Shown here piece by piece: positions 28,822 through 38,208 of a DNA stretch of 49,913 nucleotides. The position numbers were made by a program, and so were the translations under genes. The DNA is from Candidatus Woesearchaeota archaeon. Its GTDB lineage: Archaea > Nanobdellota > Nanobdellia > Pacearchaeales > GW2011-AR1. How positions within the stretch are numbered: the first letter of the stretch is position 1; every line of letters starts with the position of its first letter. The notes beneath the pieces were generated by a model. The model made no database searches. It was not told where the DNA came from and saw only the letters and a list, made by a program, of their open reading frames with translations. The stretch lies in assembly GCA_964503975.1 (NCBI GenBank), contig CAZDCI010000003.1, positions 1 to 49,913 of the forward strand. The letters run 5' to 3'.

Positions 28822-30264
28822 AGGAGACAAATTATCAAAGGAGGAAGGGTTTGCCTCTAAAATAGATACATATGTTTTTAGGTCTTCTTCAATTTCCAAT
28901 CTTTTTTTAGAGCAATGTTTTCTTTTTCTTTCTATAGAAATACTGCCCCCTTTTTTAGCGTTATTCAGGCATAAATTACAAAAGCGCGAAGCCCAGCAAG
29001 ATAAGCAATCATTACTGCTTACAGAAAAATATTCATTAATTATTCCAATAACTTTCTCCTCGTCCAATCCCTTATTCACATCTCCAATCTCAAAAAATTC
29101 TCCCACTTTTTCACACGGATAAAATTTTCCTTCGCCAGAAACAAAAATTCTCTTTAACCCAGGAACACACATTCCGTTGGGCTTTATTCTCGGCGTATTG
29201 CCAAGAGGCCTAAAGTGAATGTTTTTTATCCTTTTCCTGAAAAGAGAAGATAAAAAACTATCTTCTCTTCCTTCTGATTTTATTCTAATATAATCTTCTC
29301 TAAATTGTGCAAGAGTAAGATTGAATTCGTGGTTTTCTTCTTGACTTACAGGGTGTTTATCAAAAAAGGTTGTGTCAAAAGGATCTATATTGCTGAAAAA
29401 ACAAAGATGACCCTTCACCAACTCATCCTCAGAAAAAAACTTTCTGATCTTCTTTAAGTCGCTATGAGGAGAAACAGTGATGGAAAAATTTACATGCCTA
29501 TCATAATAGTTAGGGTCAAAATTCTTTAATCTTCTAAGGGTTCTGTAAACCCTCTTGAAACTGGGATTTTTTCCTACATCTAACCTGTACAAATCATGGA
29601 TATCTTCAGGCCCATCTAAACTAACAGTCAAGATGACGTTGTTAGAAACAAGAAATTCTACGTCCTCTTCATCTATTAAAGTACCGTTTGTAGTTATCGC
29701 CCAAACCCTTTCACGACCCTCAAATTTTTCCATGGAATATGTTATTACTCTCTTAATTAAATCAAACTCTAAAAAAGGCTCTCCACCATAAAACCCTATA
29801 TAAATAGTTGGAGATTCCTTAGATACAGAACCAAAAAAATCTATGGCTTTTCTAACAATTCCCATGTCTATTGAATTATTTGAATGTGTCCTACGATATT
29901 TGTAAGATCCGGAATATGCGCAATACTCACACCTTAAATTGCATTTTTCAGTTAAATTAAAAACCATTTCTTGAATACCGTTCCTTAACCTATGTCTTAT
30001 TTCATCTTCTTCAATCGGAAAACCCATTTCATTAAAGCGATATGTTGAGAAGATTCCTTTTTCAGTCAATCTAGATAAAGACGACACTCTTTTCGCTACT
30101 TGATCTGTACTTAGTTCATCTACACCTATTTCCTTTTTTATAAGAGCATAAGTCAAAGGATCTGTCTTAATAATTTCATTGCTTGACGCATCATAAATAT
30201 AGTGCCCTTTTAAGGTTTCAAAGGAAAGAATCAAGGGATTTTTCACTATTCTTTCTAAATTCAT
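28804..30264 (-). CDS. Radical SAM/SPASM peptide maturase (CcpM-like)
   Basis: CNLRCEYC, FYGGEP, TTNGTL, SLDGP, SPASM CVPG...YPCEK...CLSCWASRFCNLC. Confidence 0.9.
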   Translation of the reverse strand: MNLERIVKNPLILSFETLKGHYIYDASSNEIIKTDPLTYALIKKEIGVDELSTDQVAKRVSSLSRLTEKGIFSTYRFNEMGFPIEEDEIRHRLRNGIQEMVFNLTEKCNLRCEYCAYSGSYKYRRTHSNNSIDMGIVRKAIDFFGSVSKESPTIYIGFYGGEPFLEFDLIKRVITYSMEKFEGRERVWAITTNGTLIDEEDVEFLVSNNVILTVSLDGPEDIHDLYRLDVGKNPSFKRVYRTLRRLKNFDPNYYDRHVNFSITVSPHSDLKKIRKFFSEDELVKGHLCFFSNIDPFDTTFFDKHPVSQEENHEFNLTLAQFREDYIRIKSEGREDSFLSSLFRKRIKNIHFRPLGNTPRIKPNGMCVPGLKRIFVSGEGKFYPCEKVGEFFEIGDVNKGLDEEKVIGIINEYFSVSSNDCLSCWASRFCNLCLNNAKKGGSISIERKRKHCSKKRLEIEEDLKTYVSILEANPSSFDNLSPLGVFE

Positions 30265-30271
30265 TTTAAGA

Positions 30272-30475
30272 TTAATCTACAATATATGCAACAGATGCCA
30301 TAACTATGGAGGCCGCAGAAAGGACTAATTTATCACACCCACAATCACATATGCAAAATCCTACTGAATCATAAGAAAAGGTATTTTCATAAGCTCCCCT
30401 AAAACAAGGTTCAAGAACGGGCTCTTCACCTGTCAGAAGACCCTCATCCTTTAGCGAATCTTCTATATTTTTCAT
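30272..30475 (-). CDS. Cys-rich RiPP precursor peptide
   Basis: Acidic leader then CICDCGC; 7 nt upstream of the radical SAM gene on the same strand. Confidence 0.75.
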   Translation of the reverse strand: MKNIEDSLKDEGLLTGEEPVLEPCFRGAYENTFSYDSVGFCICDCGCDKLVLSAASIVMASVAYIVD

Positions 30476-30504
30476 TCATTTTTTCAAATTAAAATATATA
30501 TTTA

Positions 30505-30594
30505 AACTTTATTATAACCCATCCACTCATAAAGTTATAAAGAATCAAATTGCCTTCAATGACATCCTTGAGTTGTCGTTGAAGAGTCACAATC
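30505..30594 (-). repeat. Orphan 3' end and trailer of the pilin-like gene 36668-38149 (proximal copy)
   Basis: 90 bp matching 36617-36706 with 3 mismatches; encodes DCDSSTTTQGCH*. Confidence 0.92.
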
Positions 30595-30724
30595 AAACAG
30601 AAAAGTTAAGTCTGGAATGGGAGCACCACAACCAGTATCTATTTGCAATATTTCTTTAGGAGTTAATAACTATTAAATAGTAACAATAGAAAGATATTTA
30701 TATTATAAATTCAAAAGATAACAT

Positions 30725-31588
30725 ATGGGACAAATATTGTTCTCAACAGCAGGAGTAAACGGAAAAATTGAATCGGATAAATATACTATTCAGAAAATTT
30801 TAGAGGATAGGTTTACAAGTCACTATCTTCCGGATTTCCGAATATTAAATAAAACCCCATCAAGAATACATTTTGAAGTATTACAAAGAGGAATGGTAAA
30901 AAAGGCGGAGATAGAATATCCTATTGCACACCTTAATCTTGCAGTAGAGCACCGTTCTTATGTTGTCACTGCAGAATATCTCGCGGAAAGAGCACGCCAG
31001 GAAGAACTGGGTGTTTTCGCATTTAATTCTGCGTCAGCTGAAAAAAATGGGCGTGGAATTATATTTTACGGACATGCATCAAACTTGGGTAAAAGCACCT
31101 TTGCTAATACATTGTTTGAAAATTGTCAATTTAATCTTTTTTCTGATGAAAAAACATTGATAGATTTAGAAAATAGATTGATGGTTTCTGGATCAAGAAG
31201 CATTCCCTTAAGAAAAGAGATTTGGAAAAAAAGATATCCATTAGAAGAAGATTATAGGGAGATTGAGGTAGATGAAGATAAAACCGCAGAGGTAGAAATG
31301 ATGATAACTCCTCATTATGATCATGGTCTTAACAGGCCAATCGTAATGAAACTAGATAAATTAGACTTTTTCTGGAATTTGGCTGGAGCGATAACTAGAA
31401 GGATTAGGGGGGCAACAAGATTTATAGATAACTTTACCTATCAATTGCCCTCATTGGACACAGAAGAATTGACAGAAGAACGTTTAAGACTTTTGAATGA
31501 TTTTTCTGATAAAGTGAGGGGTTATTATTTTCAGGGAAATTCTGGTCAATTAATAGATTTTATAAATGGGGAATTTGAATCAAAATGA
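30725..31588 (+). CDS. HPr kinase-like P-loop protein
   Basis: NSASAEKNGRGIIFYG..NLGKST, FSDEKTLI. Confidence 0.65.
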   Translation: MGQILFSTAGVNGKIESDKYTIQKILEDRFTSHYLPDFRILNKTPSRIHFEVLQRGMVKKAEIEYPIAHLNLAVEHRSYVVTAEYLAERARQEELGVFAFNSASAEKNGRGIIFYGHASNLGKSTFANTLFENCQFNLFSDEKTLIDLENRLMVSGSRSIPLRKEIWKKRYPLEEDYREIEVDEDKTAEVEMMITPHYDHGLNRPIVMKLDKLDFFWNLAGAITRRIRGATRFIDNFTYQLPSLDTEELTEERLRLLNDFSDKVRGYYFQGNSGQLIDFINGEFESK

Positions 31589-32694
31589 AAATACTAATTT
31601 GTATGAGGTATGCTAATCATGACTCTGGCGGGGCAGAGAAATCAATGCTTACTTTATCAAAGATGTTAAAGGAAGACGGTCACGAAATAAAAATAATATC
31701 ATTAGGATATAAAAACAAAAAAACAACTTACGAAAACATGCCTTTAAGGGAAATAAAATTTAGACCATACATAATAAATGAGATAATATCGATTAAGGAA
31801 ATAGAGAAATTCGTAAAAATAACTGCCTTAAATCTTGGGATTGAGAATGAGATAAAAGAATTTTCTCCGGATATTATTTTTACTCAGCATGAGATTTCTT
31901 TTTTTATTATGAATCTCAAAATTCAGAAAAAAATAAAATGTCCATACTATCTATTTATACACGGATTTGAATATATGCGCCCGACACAAAGAGTTCATTA
32001 TTGGGAGCAGAATACTAAAAACAAAATCTCAAGGGAGATTCTTGGAGAGGCTACTGAAAATTTATTAAAAAAATTAATTAAAAACTCTCAAGGAGTATTT
32101 TTTCCTAGCAGATACTTGATGAATCTATATCAGCACTTAAAAGCGAATTCTTCTTACTATATGATTCACCCCTTTATAAAAATTGATAATTTTTTAATTC
32201 CAACAAATAAGAAAAAAAGAAAATTTATTTTACACATAAATCCTTCGATAAATAAAGGTATTGAGATTACGTTAGATATTGCAAGAAAACTAAGGAAGGA
32301 AAAGTTCCTTATTGTAGGAAATAAACCCAACCAGAAGGTACTTAATGAAATAAATAAATTAAATAATGTGTATTACAAAAAATATCAAAGAGATATTAGA
32401 AAAACATACAGAATTGCTAAGGTACTAATTATTCCTTCAATTCAGCCAGAAACATACAGTTTGACATCAATTGAAGCTCAAGTAAATGGATGCAATTTAG
32501 TTGCTTCAAAAAACGGCGGGATAAATGCTCCAAATGAATCTTTCGTAAAAAATATTAGGAATATTGATGAATGGATAAAGGTAATTAAAATAGGCGGGGC
32601 AAAATTGAAAACAAGTGAATTAAAGAAATTTGATGCGAGAAATCAACTCAAAAAATTAAATAAAATTGTGGACTTAAAAAATGAAGAAATTTGA
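31585..32694 (+). CDS. Glycosyltransferase family 4
   Basis: GGAEKS, PS.YL, KG, PSIQPETYSLTSIEA. Confidence 0.88.
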   Translation: MKILICMRYANHDSGGAEKSMLTLSKMLKEDGHEIKIISLGYKNKKTTYENMPLREIKFRPYIINEIISIKEIEKFVKITALNLGIENEIKEFSPDIIFTQHEISFFIMNLKIQKKIKCPYYLFIHGFEYMRPTQRVHYWEQNTKNKISREILGEATENLLKKLIKNSQGVFFPSRYLMNLYQHLKANSSYYMIHPFIKIDNFLIPTNKKKRKFILHINPSINKGIEITLDIARKLRKEKFLIVGNKPNQKVLNEINKLNNVYYKKYQRDIRKTYRIAKVLIIPSIQPETYSLTSIEAQVNGCNLVASKNGGINAPNESFVKNIRNIDEWIKVIKIGGAKLKTSELKKFDARNQLKKLNKIVDLKNEEI

Positions 32695-33187
32695 AAGAAA
32701 CTATCAAGGGAGAAAAATAAAAATGGAATTGCTTACAATTGAGGAATTGAATGATATCAATAAGATTTTTCCAATCACTCAAATATCTGGATTATGTTTT
32801 GATGAAAAAGGGAATTTATTGGTTATTAGTGGCAAGCCTGGAAAGTGGGGTCTTCCAGGAGGAAAACCTGAAAAGAATGAGGCGCCTGAAGAAACTCTGA
32901 AAAGAGAAGTCAAGGAAGAAGCGAATGTGAATTTGAAGAAGATTTTACCTTTGGCATTTGTAAGAGTTACATTCACAAATAATCCAAATAAATTTGAGGG
33001 GGATATTTTTTATCAAGGAAGGTATCTAGCACTAATTGATTCAGTAGAACCACTTGAAAAAGATCCTGCAACTGGAATTAAATTTAATAGAAAATTTATT
33101 GCGCCAAAGGAATTTCCTAGATATATTAGGTGGCCAGATGCTTCCGAGATTATTTCTCTAGCACTTGAAAAATTAAGAGCATTATAA
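32681..33187 (+). CDS. NUDIX hydrolase
   Basis: WGLPGGKPEKNE..EETLKREVKEEA. Confidence 0.9.
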   Translation: MKKFERNYQGRKIKMELLTIEELNDINKIFPITQISGLCFDEKGNLLVISGKPGKWGLPGGKPEKNEAPEETLKREVKEEANVNLKKILPLAFVRVTFTNNPNKFEGDIFYQGRYLALIDSVEPLEKDPATGIKFNRKFIAPKEFPRYIRWPDASEIISLALEKLRAL

Positions 33188-34179
33188 TGAAAGATATTTT
33201 TATTGCGATACCTGCCAAAAATGAAGAAAGTGAATTAGGTAAATGCATTAGATCAATTTATTACTCCTCAAAATGTCTTCAAAATAAATATAAAATAAAT
33301 ACCTTTATCTGTTTAAATGGGTGCTCTGATAACACAGGAGATGTGGCAGACGAATGTAAAAATAAATTTCAAAATTTGAATATTGAGATCTTAAAAAGTA
33401 AAGAAGGTAAACTATATGCCCAAAAAAATATTATAGAGAGGATAAAAGGAAAGAAGGGATACATATTTTTCATAGATGCAGATACAACAATAAGCAAAAA
33501 CTCACTATCAATAATAATCAACGAATTGAATAAACATAAACAGCTTATAGCTGTCGGAGGTTTTCCTATAGCTAGAAAGTATAAGGGGTTAAACCCGTGG
33601 AAAATTGTTCTAGACAGGATACTAAATGTAAGGTCAAGACATCCAATGGCTGAAAAGTCACAATTAGATGTTGAAGAATACCATAAACTTGCCCTAAAAG
33701 ATCCTCAATTTAAAAATACTTCTCAAAAACATGAATTAAAGTCAAAAATATTTTTCCATGGAAGGCTTTTTGCTCTAAGGTCTACGAAATATTGGAAAAT
33801 GCCTGGTTTAAGAAGAGGGGTTGTGGGAGATGATTCATTTCTGCCAGACCACATTATCTATAACTTTGGGAAAAATAGGATACGGATTAGATATGATGCT
33901 GTAGTTTACTACAATCCCTTTACTTCTTTATTTAAACATTATAAAACTTACAAAAGAATATACTTTGACTTAAAAAATTTAAAGAAAAATTATCCTAAAT
34001 TTAAGGGAATAAGAGAACATTCTGTTTTGGTATTAGACTCAGAATATATTCAATCTCAGAGTTTTACAACAAGATTGAAATTTAATGCTTTTAAAATTAT
34101 ACGTAAATGTGAAAAATTTATTTTTGAGTTATATCCTGAGAATAAGCCCTCAAAAATCTGGAAATCACTTAAGAGATAA
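33187..34179 (+). CDS. Glycosyltransferase family 2
   Basis: IPAKNEE, NGCSDNT, GK, FIDAD, HGRLFALR, DD. Confidence 0.88.
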   Translation: MKDIFIAIPAKNEESELGKCIRSIYYSSKCLQNKYKINTFICLNGCSDNTGDVADECKNKFQNLNIEILKSKEGKLYAQKNIIERIKGKKGYIFFIDADTTISKNSLSIIINELNKHKQLIAVGGFPIARKYKGLNPWKIVLDRILNVRSRHPMAEKSQLDVEEYHKLALKDPQFKNTSQKHELKSKIFFHGRLFALRSTKYWKMPGLRRGVVGDDSFLPDHIIYNFGKNRIRIRYDAVVYYNPFTSLFKHYKTYKRIYFDLKNLKKNYPKFKGIREHSVLVLDSEYIQSQSFTTRLKFNAFKIIRKCEKFIFELYPENKPSKIWKSLKR

Positions 34180-35274
34180 ATAAAGAGAATATATCTTTTT
34201 TGCTTGCCTTTTCCAAGAAAACATTCTTACATCACCAGCCATCTTTTTAACAATTTTGCCTCTGAGAACATCGTTTTTCAGCAACAATTTTATCTTTGAA
34301 GAAAGATCTTGGTAGTTCCTCGCTTTAAAAATTACACCATTTTTATTATTCTTAATAATCTCAACATTACTACAAGCATCGGAAGATATAATTGCAGTCT
34401 TTAATACAGCAGATTCTAAAAGAGTGGTTAAAACACCCTCTCTGCGATATGATGCAAAAACAGCAATTTTTGATCTTGAAACATAATTGAACAAATTTTT
34501 GTCTTTTAATTTACCTAAAAACTCTACACTATCACTCAAATTCAATTTATTTGATAGGTTAATTAATCTTTCTTTTTCCGGACCATCTCCAATTATCTTG
34601 CAGTTAAATTTGATGTTTTCTTTTTTGAGAATAGAAAGGGATTTTATAAGCGATTCTATTCCTTTTATTTTAATTAATCTTCCATAAGATATTATTTCTA
34701 TATTCTTTTTTCTTGTCTTATGCTTGTTTATTTCTTCTAAATTAATCCCGTTATATACTATATGGACTTTTTTATTTGTTTTATGTAATTCCTTCCAACC
34801 TGATGCCACAAATTTTGATACTGCAATTATTTGATCAGGTATTTTTATGGCCCTATTTTCTATTACTCTTTTTTTATCAGGCAATCCATGAAGATGAAGA
34901 TGTATCTTTTTACCATTTGGAGCACCAAGACAATCAACTGCATAGTGATAAGAAATGTTGGTAAAATTAGAGTTCTCATAAAATTTCTTAGAGAGCTTAG
35001 AAAAGATTATTGATTCTTTATCCCAAATTTTTGGGACAGTAGCCTTTCTAAAAAGATCAAATTCCTTATCTAAATCCTTTGATTTCAAGAGAACAACCCT
35101 TTTTCTAAATTTCACGTAAAATTCCTTAAACCATTCACTTTTTCTTGGAGCATCGTATGTTATAAGGTACGTGTCAATACCTAATTTTATTAAATTTCTA
35201 GTTAGGTTTAATGTATATCTTTCTGCACCTCCTGTATAGTAAGAGCTTCTTGGAGAATGAATTGCTAATTTCAT
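34165..35274 (-). CDS. Glycosyltransferase family 4
   Basis: GGAER, AVS, VYNGI, GRL..IKG, IGDGPE, EG..TTLLE; start placed at ATG 35274. Confidence 0.9.
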   Translation of the reverse strand: MKLAIHSPRSSYYTGGAERYTLNLTRNLIKLGIDTYLITYDAPRKSEWFKEFYVKFRKRVVLLKSKDLDKEFDLFRKATVPKIWDKESIIFSKLSKKFYENSNFTNISYHYAVDCLGAPNGKKIHLHLHGLPDKKRVIENRAIKIPDQIIAVSKFVASGWKELHKTNKKVHIVYNGINLEEINKHKTRKKNIEIISYGRLIKIKGIESLIKSLSILKKENIKFNCKIIGDGPEKERLINLSNKLNLSDSVEFLGKLKDKNLFNYVSRSKIAVFASYRREGVLTTLLESAVLKTAIISSDACSNVEIIKNNKNGVIFKARNYQDLSSKIKLLLKNDVLRGKIVKKMAGDVRMFSWKRQAKKIYSLYLSLK

Positions 35275-35324
35275 ATCCTGCAAAAAGGAAAATTGTTTTA
35301 AATACTTATTTGATTATTATTTTC

Positions 35325-36167
35325 ATGGAAAAGGCTAATCTCTTCATCGTAGGTTTTCCAAAAAGTGGCACATCTTCTTTATACTTTTGGTTAAAACAAC
35401 ATCCTAATGTTTTTATGAGCAATAAAAAAGAACCCTCCTTTTTCTCTAAAGATTTTGAGTTAGTCGGTCAAATAAAAAATAGAAATGAATATAACAACCT
35501 TTTTCTTAAAGCATATAAAGAAAAAATAATAGGAGAAGCCTCTACTAGTTATAGCTTTTCAAAAGAGGCACCAATAAAGATTAAGAAGTATAATCCTGAA
35601 GCAAAAATAATCTTTATAATAAGAGACTTTAGTGATATGTTAGAAAGTTTATACATACATAGAGTTCATAGAACAGGAGATCCGATAAGAAATGACTTTA
35701 GAAAGTGGTTTGAAACACGTTTTATAAAAAAAGACGGGAGAATTGGAAAAAACTTTTACCCCTTCTGGAACTTATTGAATCCTTATAAGACGATTTCATT
35801 ATACATAAAATTGTTTGGAAAAAACAATGTCTTCCTATTAGATTTTAGAAAGTTATCTAAAAATCCAGAAGGAGCATTTGTTAAAACATGTAATTTTTTA
35901 AATATAGATTATGTTAACGTAAAGCTTAATATTCAAAATAAAACATTCGGTTCCAAATCAATTTTTATTGAGAAAGTCGGACACTTTATGAGGAGATATT
36001 TATGTGGAGATGATTGGATAAAGTATTTTAGGTTTTGGGAGAAAAATAGAATAATGAAAAAGCCCCGCTACATAAAAAAAAGAGATAGGGAACATATAGA
36101 CAATCTTTTTTTAGAAGATACCAAAAAAATAAAAGCTCTTATGAATAAACTAAATGGAAGGAAGTAA
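35325..36167 (+). CDS. Sulfotransferase (PAPS-dependent)
   Basis: FIVGFPKSGTSSL..WL.QHP, KEPSFF, GEASTSY, AKIIFIIRD; start placed at ATG 35325. Confidence 0.9.
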   Translation: MEKANLFIVGFPKSGTSSLYFWLKQHPNVFMSNKKEPSFFSKDFELVGQIKNRNEYNNLFLKAYKEKIIGEASTSYSFSKEAPIKIKKYNPEAKIIFIIRDFSDMLESLYIHRVHRTGDPIRNDFRKWFETRFIKKDGRIGKNFYPFWNLLNPYKTISLYIKLFGKNNVFLLDFRKLSKNPEGAFVKTCNFLNIDYVNVKLNIQNKTFGSKSIFIEKVGHFMRRYLCGDDWIKYFRFWEKNRIMKKPRYIKKRDREHIDNLFLEDTKKIKALMNKLNGRK

Positions 36168-36172
36168 AAATT

Positions 36173-36607
36173 ATGAAAATAAATAAAAATTATTCGGGAA
36201 TTATAATAGAAAATACAGAAGGTAAACTCCTATTTCAATTAAGAGATAACAATCCAAAAATTCCAAACAGAAATAAATGGAGCCTATTTGGTGGGGGAAT
36301 AGAAAGAGGAGAAACTCCTTTGCAAGCAATAAGAAGGGAAGTTAAAGAAGAATTGGGTATAAGTCTAAACCAACGTGATTTGAGATTACTTTTTAAAAAA
36401 GAATCTCATTCAAGTAATAGATATGTTTTTTATTATAAAATAAAAAAAGATTTGGGGGACATTAAACTTGGTGAAGGAAAAAGTTTTAAATTTATGCGAT
36501 TATCTGATTTGGTGTTTAGAAAAAATGTTGTTAATTCACTAAGAATGTTTATGGTCTTATACCCGTTTTTAAAAAGAAAAATGGTCAAGAAGAAGGAATT
36601 AAATTAA
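36173..36607 (+). CDS. NUDIX hydrolase
   Basis: QLRD, WSLFGGGIERGETP.QA.RREVKEELG. Confidence 0.9.
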   Translation: MKINKNYSGIIIENTEGKLLFQLRDNNPKIPNRNKWSLFGGGIERGETPLQAIRREVKEELGISLNQRDLRLLFKKESHSSNRYVFYYKIKKDLGDIKLGEGKSFKFMRLSDLVFRKNVVNSLRMFMVLYPFLKRKMVKKKELN

Positions 36608-36667
36608 ACCTTGCTCAACTTTATTATAATACATCCACTCATAAAGTTATAAAGAATCAAATTGCCT

Positions 36668-38149
36668 TCAATGACATCCTTGGGTTGTCGTTGAAGAGTC
36701 ACAATCGGGAACTTCACACTGCGTTCCCGTATCCTGACATGTTCCCGGATCTGAAACATATGTATCACTGCTTCCGCATGCAGGAGAGGTTCCAGATGTC
36801 CATCCAACACTCCCCGCACCTCCAACCATGCAAGGAGGATCTACGCTATCACAGAAAGCGCACTCTCCGTTCGTATCAGTATACTGCTTCTCCGCAGCCC
36901 CGCTACAATTGTAGTCCCAGCTCTCCCTGTCAACCTGAACGTTTGTAGTATACCAATTAGGATTTCCAGGATAAACATTTGCATCAATATCATAACAGTC
37001 GTTTGTGTCTAGCGCATCTTTCGCCCTTACCGCATCGGTGCTAGATGTTTTAAGTGTAGCATTCGGAGCATATCCATCCTGATCAACATCCGTGTAGTAT
37101 AACAGGCCTTTTTCAGTTGAGCCACTACTTAACTGTATCTGAGCTCCACTGAATAGAATGCTATATCCGTCATTCCAATACATTGTTGCACCTGGATTTA
37201 TTGTCATAGTCTTACCAGAAGATATATGTATATCTCCTCCATCATTTCCACTGACTGCATCTACAAAAGTGCAATTACCTTCAATAGTCATAGTTCCACC
37301 ATGATTTGCATAAATTTGACAATTTGTAGGATCTGTCCAAGTCAAATTCACAGTATTAACATTTCCCACAGAATCTGTAGCAATAAAAGTAGTATTATAA
37401 CTCGTATAATGCGTGTCATAAACTTCCCAAGAAGCACTCCATGTTTCTACATCATTTTCATCAGTGGAAACATATTCTAAAGGCAAAACCATTAAATCAT
37501 GATCCAATTGGGTTTCTGTTGTCACATTTAAACCTCCATGGGGAGAAGAAACTCTTGCTGTAAAAGTTTGTGTGTCACCTACCATAACATCTAAAGGATC
37601 TATGATGACTTCTTTAAACTCAGGCAAATCTTCGTCTCCTGAAATACTATAGCTTACCTCTCCCATTCCAGAATATCCTAAAGAAACAAATTTGCTTCCT
37701 GCCCCACCTGTACCTGTTATCGGCTCTTTTAATTCAACATCATCAACAACATTTTCCGCTGTTTCCTCCCCGTAAACGGGCGCAACAGAAATTTTATTTA
37801 TATTCTGAATTGTCAGCTCAGCAAGGTAAAATGAAAATATTTTCTCTTCCAAATTTCCAAGAGTCGTATCTCGTTCTAAAATCTGAGAATCTGTCCCGTT
37901 TTCAAAAATAAATTTAATGGAGGTTAAATTCTCATTCCCAGAACCTTTTTTAACAGTCACTAACAAAGAATCTCCTTCAACAACGGCACTTTTAATATCC
38001 ACCTCTTTACTAAAAGAACTTAGAGAAACATCTTTTATTCCTTCTCCAATAACTCCTCTAATCACTCCCCAAATTATTCCTGTAGCAACCAAAACTAAAA
38101 GGATTATAACAAGTGTTGTAACAACTGCTGATAAACCTCTTTTCTGCAT
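36668..38149 (-). CDS. Surface protein with class III (archaeal pilin-like) signal peptide and Cys-rich C-terminal adhesin region
   Basis: MQKRG|LSAVVTTLVIILLV; D.DQDGY...DCYDIDANVYPG metal-binding motif; Cys-rich tail. Confidence 0.85.
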   Translation of the reverse strand: MQKRGLSAVVTTLVIILLVLVATGIIWGVIRGVIGEGIKDVSLSSFSKEVDIKSAVVEGDSLLVTVKKGSGNENLTSIKFIFENGTDSQILERDTTLGNLEEKIFSFYLAELTIQNINKISVAPVYGEETAENVVDDVELKEPITGTGGAGSKFVSLGYSGMGEVSYSISGDEDLPEFKEVIIDPLDVMVGDTQTFTARVSSPHGGLNVTTETQLDHDLMVLPLEYVSTDENDVETWSASWEVYDTHYTSYNTTFIATDSVGNVNTVNLTWTDPTNCQIYANHGGTMTIEGNCTFVDAVSGNDGGDIHISSGKTMTINPGATMYWNDGYSILFSGAQIQLSSGSTEKGLLYYTDVDQDGYAPNATLKTSSTDAVRAKDALDTNDCYDIDANVYPGNPNWYTTNVQVDRESWDYNCSGAAEKQYTDTNGECAFCDSVDPPCMVGGAGSVGWTSGTSPACGSSDTYVSDPGTCQDTGTQCEVPDCDSSTTTQGCH

Positions 38150-38208
38150 GAGAAATGTAAGGATTTATTATTTATAAAACTAACGAGACAAGAGAAAGGA
38201 ATTAATCT

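Noticed and set aside
28136-36700. CRISPR array or integron attC sites
   Set aside because: The repeats are 69-90 bp, kilobases apart, and encode a gene's C-terminus. I see no attC-type inverted core and no cas or intI gene.
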